From Acidimicrobiia bacterium (GTDB lineage Bacteria > Actinomycetota > Acidimicrobiia > Spongiisociales > SHLN01), in assembly GCA_041619515.1 (NCBI GenBank), contig JBFKDW010000004.1, positions 787 through 64,786 of the forward strand: a DNA stretch of 64,000 nucleotides. The letters are read 5' to 3'. Both the position numbers and the translations under genes were made by a program. The notes under the pieces are model-generated. The model was not told where the DNA came from and ran no database searches. It was given only the letters and a program-made list of their open reading frames with translations. Positions 55,042 through 64,000 of the stretch are shown one piece after another; the stretch's first letter is position 1, and each line of letters opens with the position of its first letter.

Positions 55042-56739
55042 ATGCCGCTTCCGTCCGACCTCGAGATTGCCCGGGGGGCCTCGCTGCAGCCGATCGGCGA
55101 CATCGCCGCCTCGATCGGGATCGGGCCGCACCTGCTCGAGCAGTACGGCACGGCCGTCGCCAAAGTGAGCCTCGACGCAATCGACGAGCTGGCCGATCGG
55201 CCTCGCGCCAAATACATACTCGTCACTGCGATCACCCCGACACCCCTCGGTGAAGGCAAGACCACCACTGCGGTCGGCCTGGCGCAAGGCTTCGCCAAAG
55301 TCGGCAAGCGGGCGGTTCTCTCTCTTCGGCAGCCTTCGATGGGCCCAACCTTCGGGATCAAGGGCGGGGCTGCCGGCGGGGGGTACGCGCAGGTCGTCCC
55401 GATGGAGAACCTCAACCTTCACCTGACCGGTGACATGCATGCGGTGACGGCAGCTCACAACATGCTGGCGGCCATGATCGACAACAACATCTTTCGCCGG
55501 TCCGATGTCGGCCTGGATCCGCACCGGGTCACCTGGCGGCGGGTTCTGGACGTCAACGACCGGGCGCTGCGCAACATGGTGATCGGCCTGGGGGCTCGTC
55601 TCGACGGCGTCCCGCGCGAAACCGGGTTCGACATCACCGCCGCCTCAGAGGTGATGGCGGTGCTGGCGCTCGCTCAGTCTCTCCAGGACATGCGGGAGCG
55701 GATGGGGCGAATCGTGGTGGGGCAGAACTTCGACCGCAAACCGGTGACGGCTGAGGACCTGAGGACGGCGGGAGCCATGACGGTGATCATGAAGGATGCC
55801 ATCAAGCCGAACCTCATGCAGACGCTCGAGAACACCCCTGTGTTCATCCACGCCGGGCCCTTCGGCAACATTGCCCACGGCAACTCGTCGGTGGTGGCCG
55901 ACCTCATCGGCATCCACACCGGGGACTACCTCATCACCGAAGCAGGCTTTGGAGCCGACATGGGCGCCGAACGCTTCTTCAACATCAAGTGTCGCACCTC
56001 CGGCCTGGCTCCCGACGCCGCAGTCCTCGTCGCTACGGTGCGAGCACTCAAGGCGCACTCGGGGCGGTATCTCGTCAAGCCGGGCAAGCCGCTCCCACCG
56101 GAGATGCTCGAGGAGAATCCCGACGACGTCATGGAGGGAGCAGCCAACCTTCGCAAGCACATCGACAACATCCGGCTGCACGGCATCGAGCCGGTCGTCG
56201 CCATCAATGCGTTCCCGAGCGATTTCGACTCAGAGCACAAGACGATCCGCGAGATCGCAGCCGAAGAAGGCGTCAACGCCGCCGTCTCTACCCACTTCAG
56301 CGACGGGGGTGCCGGGGCCACCGAGCTGGCCGAGGCGGTTGAGGACGCAGCCGGACGGGCGGCCGGGTTTTCGTTTCTCTACCCCGACGACGCCACCCTC
56401 AAGGACAAGATCGAAGCAATCGCCACCAAGGTGTACGGGGCCGACGGCGTCAACTACGACCACGCAGCCGGCGCGGAGATCACGTTCCTCGAAGAACATG
56501 GGTTCGGGAACCTCCCCATCTGCATCGCCAAAACCCACCTGTCCATCTCCAGCGATCCCAACCTGCTGGGTGCGCCTACCGGCTGGACCCTGCCCGTCCG
56601 CCAGCTCCGAGGTGCGATCGGCGCCGGCTTCATCTATCCGATCTGCGGGGACATGCGCACCATGCCGGGCCTGTCTGGGGCACCGGCCGTCGAGCGCATC
56701 GACATCGACGACGACGGCCAGGTAGTCGGCCTCTCATAG
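55042..56739 (+). CDS. fhs: Formate--tetrahydrofolate ligase
   Basis: TPTPLGEGKTT, GIKGGAAGGGYAQ, GPFGNIAHG, TEAGFGAD, TMPGL. Confidence 0.97.
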   Translation: MPLPSDLEIARGASLQPIGDIAASIGIGPHLLEQYGTAVAKVSLDAIDELADRPRAKYILVTAITPTPLGEGKTTTAVGLAQGFAKVGKRAVLSLRQPSMGPTFGIKGGAAGGGYAQVVPMENLNLHLTGDMHAVTAAHNMLAAMIDNNIFRRSDVGLDPHRVTWRRVLDVNDRALRNMVIGLGARLDGVPRETGFDITAASEVMAVLALAQSLQDMRERMGRIVVGQNFDRKPVTAEDLRTAGAMTVIMKDAIKPNLMQTLENTPVFIHAGPFGNIAHGNSSVVADLIGIHTGDYLITEAGFGADMGAERFFNIKCRTSGLAPDAAVLVATVRALKAHSGRYLVKPGKPLPPEMLEENPDDVMEGAANLRKHIDNIRLHGIEPVVAINAFPSDFDSEHKTIREIAAEEGVNAAVSTHFSDGGAGATELAEAVEDAAGRAAGFSFLYPDDATLKDKIEAIATKVYGADGVNYDHAAGAEITFLEEHGFGNLPICIAKTHLSISSDPNLLGAPTGWTLPVRQLRGAIGAGFIYPICGDMRTMPGLSGAPAVERIDIDDDGQVVGLS

Positions 56740-56814
56740 GCCGGCCGATGCCTGCGTGCCACCCGGCTCGAGGGTCGGATTCGGTAGCCTCAGCCAAGCA
56801 AGAGGGGAGGTGAA

Positions 56815-58713
56815 ATGGAAAAGGGTCATGCCCGCCTCACCACGCCGCTGATTCGCCGAGATGGCGAGCTGCGGCCGGCCGCCTGGGATGAGGCCCTCGA
56901 TGAGGCCGCCGCCCGGTTCGCGGCGGTCACCGCCTCCCACCCCGGGTCGGCCTTCGGGATGTTCTCGTGCTCCAAGGCGACCAACGAGATGAACTACCTG
57001 GCGCAGAAGTTCGCGCGGGTGGTACTCGGCACGAACAACATCGACAGCTGCAACCGCACTTGACACGCTCCCAGCGTCGCCGGTCTGGCGGCAGTCTTCG
57101 GAGCAGGCGGCGGCACGAGCTCGTATCGCGAGATCGAGGAGACCGGGCTCATCATCCTATGGGGGTCGAATGCGCGTGACGCGCACCCGATCTTCTTTCA
57201 TCATCTCCTCAAAGGAGTCCGGAACGGGGCTCGGCTGTATGCCGTCGACCCGCGCCGCACCTCCTCGGCAGCCTGGGCCGACGTGTGGCTCGGCATCGAC
57301 GTCGGTTCGGACATCGCCCTCGCCAATGCCGTTGGGCGTGAGATCCTCGCCCAGGGCCTCGAAGATCGGGACTTCATCGATCGCGCCACCTCCGGGTTCG
57401 ACGCCTACGCCGAATGGGTTGATCGCTTCACGCTCGACTACGCCGAGACGATCACCGGCGTCCCCGCCGACGCCATCCGGCAGTTCGCCTTCGAGTACGC
57501 CACCGCCCCGACCGCGCAGTTGTGCTGGACCCTCGGAATCACCGAGCATCACAATGCCACCGACAACGTCCTCGCCCTCATCAACCTGGCGCTCCTCACC
57601 GGTCACGTCGGCCGCTGGGGCTCGGGCCTGGTCCCGATCCGCGGCCAGAACAACGTCCAGGGGGGCGGTGACATGGGTGCGCTGCCCAACAAGCTGCCCG
57701 GTTTTCAGGATGTCGAAGACGACGACGTACGGGGCAAATTCGAGGCTTCCTGGGGTGCAGGGATCCCCACCCCGGCCGGGTGGCACCTCTCGCTCATGTT
57801 CGAGGCGATGGAGCGGGGCGACCTGCGAGCACTCTATGTGATCGGCGAGAATCCAGCTCAGGCAGAAGCCGATGTCACCCGGGCCCGGCGCCTGTTGGGT
57901 GAGCTCGACCTTCTGGTGGTGCAGGACATCTTTCTCACCCGGACCGCACGGATGGCCGACATCGTGTTTCCCGCGGCCGCCGCCTGGGCAGAGACAGAGG
58001 GGACGGTGACCAACAGCGAACGGCGGGTGCAGCGCGTTCGCCGGGCGCTGATCCCGCCCGGCGAGGCCCGCGACGACATTGCCATCCTGTCCGACCTGGC
58101 CGCCCGCATGGGGCACAACTGGGGCTCGCCGACCGCCGAGGAGCTGTGGGATGAGCTGCGCAGCCTGTCGCCGATCCACGCCGGCATGTCCTATCGGCGG
58201 CTGGAGGAGCATCGCGGCTTGCAGTGGCCGTGCCTCGACGAGCAAGACCCGGGCAGCCCGTTCCTGCACGGACGGCTGTGGGCGGATGATCCCGCCGACC
58301 GGGGGAGGCCGGCTCCGTTCAGCCCCGTCGAGTACGTGCCGCCCGTCGACGAGCTGACCGACGAGTTTCCGATCCGCCTGACGACCGGGCGGCGCCTGGA
58401 CTCGTACAACACGGGGGTTCAATCCGGCGGATACACGTCGCCCAAACGCCACCGTGAATCCCTCGACCTCGACCCGGACGACGCCGACCGGCTGGGCGTC
58501 GCCGACGGCGATCGCGTCCGGGTCGTCTCCCGGCGGGGCGCGGTCGAAGCGCCGGTGCGGGTGGTGGGCGGGCTGCGGCCGGGACTTGCCTTCATGACGT
58601 TTCACTTCCCGGACCAGGTCGACGTGAACACCCTCACGATCGATGCCTGGGATCCGAAATCCGGGACCGCCGAGTTCAAGGCCACCGCCATCCGGGTGGA
58701 AAAGGTCGGCTAG
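56815..58713 (+). CDS. Selenocysteine-containing Mo/W-bisPGD formate dehydrogenase catalytic subunit (Sec at codon 83)
   Basis: Track ORFs 56815-57063 and 57283-58713 are in the same frame, joined through TGA 57061-63: NNIDSCNRT-U-HAPSVAGL. Also RGQNNVQG and VTNSERRVQ. Confidence 0.9.
57064..57104 (+). promoter_or_regulatory. Bacterial SECIS element
   Basis: GUCGCC-GGUCU-GGCGGC hairpin (57076-92) beginning 12 nt after the UGA; lower stem GCUCC/GGAGC. Confidence 0.78.
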
Positions 58714-60552
58714 ATGGACCTCCACCTGCTGGCCGAAGCTCCCACCGATGCCGAGCGCCTGGCCGTCGATGCGGTGCTGGGAGAGCCCGAATCTGCCCGG
58801 GACGGAGGCCGCCACCGGACGGCGGCCGAAGCGCACATCGCCTACGGGGGAGCGTCTGCTCGCGCCCGGCGTCGTGAGCTGCTGCCCGCGCTGCATGCGT
58901 TGCAGGACGCCGTCGGCTGGATCAGCCGCGGTGGGCTCAATTACGTGTGCAGGCGGCTGACGATCCCGCCCGCCGAGGCCTACGGCGTCGCCACCTTCTA
59001 CCACCTCCTCGCCACCGACGAGCCGGCTGCGGCGGTCGCGTACGTGTGCGACGACATCGCCTGCCGGGGCCGGGGCGCCGAGCACCTGGCGGCAGGCCTC
59101 GAGGATGCGCTCGGGCCGGCCGGAACGGGCCCGGGTGCCACCTGGAAGCCGAGCCCCTGCCTCGGCCGCTGCGAGGCAGCGCCGGCTGCGTACGTGCATG
59201 TGGCCGGAGACCCGCCGATGCGCCGGTCGCTTGCCCCCGTCGAGGCTCGGGCGGTCCTCGACGCGCTGGAGCGGCTCCCGGTCGACGTCTCCCCGGCCGC
59301 CTCCGCCCCGCAGGTGGAGGCGGGTGCAGCGGATCTGCGTCTGCTACGCCGGGTGGGACGGGTCGATCCCGCCAGCCTCGAGAGTTACCGCCGCCACGGC
59401 GGATACGCGGCTCTCGCCTGGGCGGCCGAGCTCGGCCCGGAGCAGGTGATCGCCGAGTTGGAGTCGTCCCGACTCATGGGCCGCGGTGGGGCCGCCTTCC
59501 CCACCGGAGTCAAATGGCGGGCCGTGGCCGAAGCCGCCGACGGCCCCCGCTACGTCATCTGCAATGCAGATGAATCCGAACCGGGCACCTTCAAGGATCG
59601 TCTGCTGATGGAGCGCGACCCGTTTGCGGTCGTCGAGGCGATGACGATCGCCGGCCTGGCAGTCGGAGCCGAACAGGGGTATCTATACGTTCGCGGGGAG
59701 TATCCGCAAGCCGAGGAGATCCTGGCCGGTGCCATCGACCAGGCGCGCGCCGCCGGCCTGCTCGGGGAGGTAGCCCTCGACGGGGGCTTCGAGTTCGACA
59801 TCGAGATCCGGCGGGGAGCGGGTGCCTATATCTGTGGAGAGGAGACCGCCCTCTTCAACTCCATCGAGGGGTATCGGGGCGAGCCGCGCCAGAAGCCACC
59901 CTTCCCCACTGAGGCCGGCCTGTTTGGTCGGCCGACGCTGGTCAACAACGTGGAGACGCTGTCCAACGTGCTGGATATTGTGCTGGAAGGCGGGTCCGCC
60001 TACGCCGGACTCGGGACCGAGGCGTCCACCGGCACAAAGCTGTTCTGCCTGTCGGGCGACGTGTCGACTCCGGGTGTGTACGAGTTTGCCTTCGGAGTGA
60101 CCCTCGGCGAGGTGCTGGACGCCGCCGGGGGAGTGCAGGGGGATCTGGCGGCGGTGCTCGTCGGTGGCGCCGCCGGCTCCTTCGTCGGCCCCGACCGGCT
60201 CGACGTGCCCCTGACCTTCGAGGGCGCCCGGGCGGCCGGGATCAGTTTGGGTTCGGGAGTCGTCATGCCGTTCAACACCGGCACCGATTTTGCCGACATC
60301 ACCCGGCGCATCGCCGAGTTCTTCAGAGATGAATCGTGTGGGCAATGTGTCCCGTGCCGGGTGGGCGCGGTACGCCAGGAAGAGGCGCTCGAGCGCCTCA
60401 CCGGCGGCGGGTCGGCGGAGGCTGAGATCTCGCTCATCGACGACATCGCCCGGGCGATGCGCGACGCCTCCATTTGCGGCCTCGGGCAAACCGCCTCCGG
60501 CGCCATTCAATCGGCGATTGCGCTCGGCCTGCTGAACGGGCGCCCGTCATGA
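58714..60552 (+). CDS. NuoE-NuoF-like fused diaphorase subunit (NAD-linked FDH)
   Basis: YGVATFY, CDDIAC, CLGRC, GRGGAAFPTG, NADESEPG, YICGEET, ESCGQCVPCR, SICGLG. Confidence 0.92.
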   Translation: MDLHLLAEAPTDAERLAVDAVLGEPESARDGGRHRTAAEAHIAYGGASARARRRELLPALHALQDAVGWISRGGLNYVCRRLTIPPAEAYGVATFYHLLATDEPAAAVAYVCDDIACRGRGAEHLAAGLEDALGPAGTGPGATWKPSPCLGRCEAAPAAYVHVAGDPPMRRSLAPVEARAVLDALERLPVDVSPAASAPQVEAGAADLRLLRRVGRVDPASLESYRRHGGYAALAWAAELGPEQVIAELESSRLMGRGGAAFPTGVKWRAVAEAADGPRYVICNADESEPGTFKDRLLMERDPFAVVEAMTIAGLAVGAEQGYLYVRGEYPQAEEILAGAIDQARAAGLLGEVALDGGFEFDIEIRRGAGAYICGEETALFNSIEGYRGEPRQKPPFPTEAGLFGRPTLVNNVETLSNVLDIVLEGGSAYAGLGTEASTGTKLFCLSGDVSTPGVYEFAFGVTLGEVLDAAGGVQGDLAAVLVGGAAGSFVGPDRLDVPLTFEGARAAGISLGSGVVMPFNTGTDFADITRRIAEFFRDESCGQCVPCRVGAVRQEEALERLTGGGSAEAEISLIDDIARAMRDASICGLGQTASGAIQSAIALGLLNGRPS

Positions 60553-61379
60553 CCTTCGAGATCACGGTCGACGGCCGCCCGGTCGAAGTGGCCGAGGGAT
60601 CGACCATCCTCGAGGCGCTTCGCCGCGACGGGATCGAAACGCCGACCCTGTGCTATGCCGAGAATCTCACGCCGGTGAATGCCTGTCGGGTGTGCATGGT
60701 GGAGGTGGAGGGCTCCCGCACGCTGGTGCCGGCCTGCTCGCGAGCAGCCGAGCCCGGCATGGTGGTAGGCACTTCCGGTGAGCGGGTGCGCCACAGCCGC
60801 CGCACCGTGCTCGAGTTTCTCGGATCGTCGGTCGATCTGTCCATCGCCCCGCATGTAGCGGAGTGGGTGGAGGAGTACGGGGCCGAGCTCGATCGGTTCG
60901 GGACGCGGGCTGCCACCGTCGCCCAGCCGGTCAAGGTGCAGGACGACCTGTACATCCGCGATTACGCCAAGTGCATCCTGTGCTACAAGTGCGTAGAAGC
61001 CTGCGGGGTCGACGCTCAGAACACGTTCGCCATCGCAGTGGCCGGGCGGAGCTTCGAGGCGACGATATCGACCGAGTTCGACGCCGTCCTTCCCGATTCG
61101 GCGTGCGTGTACTGCGGAAACTGTATCGGCGTCTGTCCCACGGGGGCCCTCATGTTCAAGAGCGAGTTCGACATGCGGCAGACGGGCACCTGGGACGAGT
61201 CGGCTCAGACGGTCACCGAAACCATCTGTTCCTTCTGCGGAGTCGGCTGCGCCCTCGAGCTGTACGTCCAGGACAACCGGATCGTCAAGGTGCTCTCACC
61301 CCTCGACCATGACGTGACGAGCGGGCACCTGTGCATCAAGGGTCGCTTCGGCTGGGAGCACATCCAGGGTCCCGGCTAG
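60549..61379 (+). CDS. Fe-S subunit (2Fe-2S + 2x4Fe-4S + Molybdop_Fe4S4), equivalent to the N-terminal part of FdhA/NuoG
   Basis: PTLC..CRVC..C, CILCYKCVEAC, CVYCGNCIGVCP, CSFCGVGC...LCIKGRFG; ATGA overlap. Confidence 0.92.
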   Translation: MTFEITVDGRPVEVAEGSTILEALRRDGIETPTLCYAENLTPVNACRVCMVEVEGSRTLVPACSRAAEPGMVVGTSGERVRHSRRTVLEFLGSSVDLSIAPHVAEWVEEYGAELDRFGTRAATVAQPVKVQDDLYIRDYAKCILCYKCVEACGVDAQNTFAIAVAGRSFEATISTEFDAVLPDSACVYCGNCIGVCPTGALMFKSEFDMRQTGTWDESAQTVTETICSFCGVGCALELYVQDNRIVKVLSPLDHDVTSGHLCIKGRFGWEHIQGPG

Positions 61380-61579
61380 GCCGCCTTCGGCCCCCGGGGG
61401 GAGTGATCGTGGGAACAGGCGACCGGAGTTGCCAGCCGCCAGAAGGTGTTCTCGTAGGGGTAATGCGGGCAGGCAGGGAGCCGCTGGCCCGCACACACCA
61501 GCACCATGTGGCCGTGCCGGTCCGACCAGTACCCGCCGGTTTCGACCGGTGCGCCGTTCAAATACGTGATTGTGGTCAT
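61376..61579 (-). CDS. Small hypothetical protein, possibly YjzC-like
   Basis: GAPVETGGY...GQRLPACP...W pattern; AGAGG upstream; convergent with the fdh operon. Confidence 0.55.
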   Translation of the reverse strand: MTTITYLNGAPVETGGYWSDRHGHMVLVCAGQRLPACPHYPYENTFWRLATPVACSHDHSPRGPKAA

Positions 61580-61666
61580 CTCTGCCTCTGCGGGCCGGTA
61601 GTGGAGCCGTCAGGGGTGATATCGGCGCCAACCGGAACCCCCTTTACCGGTCCCTGACCGCTCTAA

Positions 61667-61700
61667 TCTCAGTGGAATAGACTCATATTTTCTGCTGTTG
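61667..61700 (+). promoter_or_regulatory. SigR/SigH-type promoter overlapping a degenerate HAIR (HspR) repeat
   Basis: GGAAT(61674-78)-N18-GTTG(61697-700); TCTCAGT-N7-ACTCATA versus consensus CTTGAGT-N7-ACTCAAG. Confidence 0.65.
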
Positions 61701-61736
61701 ACGTGAATGACAACGATCTCACAAAGGAGAAACGCA

Positions 61737-62156
61737 ATGAGACTCGTACGTTTTGAGCCGTTTGGCCTGTCCCGCGATTTTGACCGGCTGTTTGCCGATT
61801 TCGGCGCCCGCTCGTTTCAGGGCGAGTGGGTTCCCAGCGTCGACGTCGTCGAGAAGGAGGACGCGCTGACGGTGCGGGTGGAGGCCCCCGGACTCGACCC
61901 GGGCTCGCTCGACATCACGGTCGAGGGAGACACGCTCGCCATCACCGGTTCTCGCCACTTCGAGGATGAGGTCAAAGAGGCCGGCTACCAGCGCAAGGAG
62001 CTGTTCGAGGGTGAGTTCACGCGCACCCTGGTGCTGCCCGAAGGCGTCGACGTCGAAGCCATCACGGCCACCAGCAAGGACGGCATCGTGACGGTGACGA
62101 TTCCCAAGAGCCCCGAGGTGCTCCCTCACAAAGTCAAGATCGCGATCGAGCAGTAA
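61737..62156 (+). CDS. Hsp20/alpha-crystallin small heat-shock protein
   Basis: WVPSVDV, EAPGL, GEFTRTLVLP, DGIVTVTIPK; AAAGGAGA RBS. Confidence 0.95.
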   Translation: MRLVRFEPFGLSRDFDRLFADFGARSFQGEWVPSVDVVEKEDALTVRVEAPGLDPGSLDITVEGDTLAITGSRHFEDEVKEAGYQRKELFEGEFTRTLVLPEGVDVEAITATSKDGIVTVTIPKSPEVLPHKVKIAIEQ

Positions 62157-62177
62157 AGCCTCGAACGCATCTGGTGC

Positions 62178-62205
62178 AAAGGCCCCGGCTTGGACCGGGG
62201 CCTTT
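62178..62205. terminator. Bidirectional intrinsic terminator
   Basis: AAAGGCCCCGG-CTTGGA-CCGGGGCCTTT between convergent genes. Confidence 0.85.
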
Positions 62206-62236
62206 CTCATTTCGGGACCAATTCGGCCTCGGGCCG

Positions 62237-63007
62237 CTACTCCACCACTACCAGCGGACAATCCCGGTGCGGATGATTCATGACCCGCATGCGCTGGTGG
62301 TACGTCTCGCTCAGCACATCCTCGTCGAGTACCTGGGCGGGCGATCCGATCGCCCGCACCCGGCCCTCGGACAGCAGAACCAGCCGGCCGGCGTAGGCGG
62401 CGGCCAGATTGAGGTCGTGCAGCACGGCCACGATCGCCGCCCCCCGGCGCGCCCGGTGACCGAGCAACTGCATCGTGTGTTCCTGATGGTGGACGTCGAG
62501 GGTGGTAGTCGGCTCGTCGAGCAGGATGATGGGCGTTTCCTGAGCGAGGATCCGGGCGAAGGCAACGCGGGTTTGCTCTCCACCCGACAGCGAAGGGAAG
62601 ATGCGGGTTTCCAGGTCGAGTGTGTGGGTGGCGGCCATGGCCGCCCGTGCCACCCCGAGATCGTGCTCGTGCGAGTTGTTCGGGTCCCCGTGGTGGGGGT
62701 GTCGGCCCATGAGCACGATGTCCCGGCTGGTGAACGGGAATTGAACGACCGTCTGCTGGGGGAGGACCGCTCGCATGCGGGCCAGCTCGGAGGGCCGGTA
62801 CTCGGCGATGGGCCGGCCGTCGAGGGTGACCGAACCGCGGGTGGGTGTGCGATCTCCCGCCATCAGCTGGAGCAAGGTCGACTTGCCGGCGCCGTTGGGT
62901 CCGACCACCCCGAGCAGCTCTCCCGGATGGGCGGTGAGCGAGACACCGTCGATCAGCACGCTCGAGCCGGCCGTGTAGCCGAGACTCTCGACTGCGAGGG
63001 TTGTCAT
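62237..63007 (-). CDS. Heme/iron-siderophore ABC transporter ATPase (HmuV-like)
   Basis: GPNGAGKST, LARMRAVLPQ, LSGGEQTRVAFARILAQ, LDEPT, LHDLNLA. Confidence 0.9.
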   Translation of the reverse strand: MTTLAVESLGYTAGSSVLIDGVSLTAHPGELLGVVGPNGAGKSTLLQLMAGDRTPTRGSVTLDGRPIAEYRPSELARMRAVLPQQTVVQFPFTSRDIVLMGRHPHHGDPNNSHEHDLGVARAAMAATHTLDLETRIFPSLSGGEQTRVAFARILAQETPIILLDEPTTTLDVHHQEHTMQLLGHRARRGAAIVAVLHDLNLAAAYAGRLVLLSEGRVRAIGSPAQVLDEDVLSETYHQRMRVMNHPHRDCPLVVVE

Positions 63008-64000
63008 CAGCCCCACGCTCCGTACTCGGCCCGGGTGCGGTGCAACAGCCACAGGAAGAAGGGCCCCCCCACCAGCGCAGTCAGGAGGCCGACGGGTATC
63101 TCGGTGGGCGACGCCAGCGTGCGGGCGGTCAGATCAGCGACCAGCACCAAGGTTCCGCCGGCCAGGGCGCTCGCAGGCAGCACCAGGCGGTGGTCGGGGC
63201 CCGCCAGCATGCGCACGGCGTGCGGCGCCAGCAGCCCCACGAACCCGATGATGCCGGCGGCGGCCACCGACGCTCCCACCCCGACCGAGACCAGCGCCAG
63301 CACGAGGGCGCGCGCTCGCTCGACGTCGACGCCGAGATGGCGGGCCTCGGACTCGCCCAGCAGCAGCAAGTTGAGCTGCCTGGAGAAGAGGGGAAGCAAC
63401 ACGACGCAGACACCGCCGAGCAGCACGGTCGGCCTGACCGCTTCCCAGGTGGCCAGAGTGAACGAGCCGAGGAACCAAAAGAGGGCTGTTTGCAGACGGC
63501 TGCTGTCGACGGCGAAGCTCAGGTAGCCAATGGCAGCCGAGGCCACAGCGCTGACGGCAACGCCGGTCAGCACCAGGTTGACCACCTCCGTGCGGCCTTC
63601 GTAGCGAGCGAGCGCATACACGATGGCCGCGGCCGCCAGGGCACCGGCGAAACCCCCGAGTGGGCCACCGAACGAGCCGAGCACGCCGGGCCCGGCGGCA
63701 AGCACCAGGCCGGCGCCCAGGGCGGCGCCGCTCGAGATCCCGATGATCTGGGGGTCGGCAAGGGGGTTGCGGAACAAGCCCTGGAGCGCGGCGCCGGCAA
63801 TCGCCAGCACCGCCCCCACCACGAAGGCCAGAATCAGCCTCGGGAGCCGAATCGACCACACGACGGAATCCTCCCGGGGGAGCACGTCGATGCCGAGGTC
63901 GAGCCCGGCATGGTCGAAGAGGATCGCGACGACTTTCAGCGGTCCCACATCGAATGCGCCCATTGCCAGGTTGGCGATAACCGCTGCGATGGCCGTGATG
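63007..64000 (-). CDS. FecCD/HmuU-family ABC permease (5' end outside the window)
   Basis: IRLPR, QGLFRNPLADP, LGESEARHLGV, GIIGFVGL, GGPFF; frame open to the window edge. Confidence 0.92.
   Translation of the reverse strand, partial: ITAIAAVIANLAMGAFDVGPLKVVAILFDHAGLDLGIDVLPREDSVVWSIRLPRLILAFVVGAVLAIAGAALQGLFRNPLADPQIIGISSGAALGAGLVLAAGPGVLGSFGGPLGGFAGALAAAAIVYALARYEGRTEVVNLVLTGVAVSAVASAAIGYLSFAVDSSRLQTALFWFLGSFTLATWEAVRPTVLLGGVCVVLLPLFSRQLNLLLLGESEARHLGVDVERARALVLALVSVGVGASVAAAGIIGFVGLLAPHAVRMLAGPDHRLVLPASALAGGTLVLVADLTARTLASPTEIPVGLLTALVGGPFFLWLLHRTRAEYGAWG

Noticed and set aside
57061-57063. Nonsense mutation / FDH pseudogene
   Set aside because: The TGA sits at the catalytic Cys/Sec position with a SECIS-like hairpin and an intact downstream frame, so Sec recoding fits better.

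Overview
A high-GC, gene-dense chromosomal window with an actinobacterial (Acidimicrobiia-like, inferred) gene content. I found no rRNA, tRNA, CRISPR array, transposase or integrase. Most genes are housekeeping or metabolic: cfa-DUF1365-FAD oxidoreductase, ppdK, infA, pfkA, galM, add, a hybrid histidine kinase, EF-G2, a group-2 sigma factor, nucleoside salvage, hsp20 and a heme/iron ABC transporter. Highlights: (1) A 30-aa ORF missed by the ORF track (11578-11670, minus; MRRRIYVFSVSLLTFLAVSAPALA|NGNWGS) has a strong RBS and a terminator. It consists of a signal peptide plus a hexapeptide and lies directly behind a ~1270-aa SARP/BTAD-NTPase-TPR-DUF1670-like regulator, which is a Rap-Phr/RRNPP-like layout and a candidate new peptide-signalling system. 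(2) A selenocysteine formate dehydrogenase (in-frame UGA plus SECIS hairpin) whose N-terminal Fe-S part is a separate downstream gene, clustered with fdhD and fhs. (3) A sulfur operon (HTH_17-PocR regulator, SQR, DUF1641, TusE/DsrC-like, DsrE2) with phased direct repeats and a Rex/CRP-like palindrome upstream. (4) A secreted/surface cluster that includes a tail-fibre-chaperone-like protein. (5) SigH/SigR-type promoters at the sigma factor and hsp20, and many apparently leaderless genes. All family assignments come from motif recognition by eye, not from database searches.
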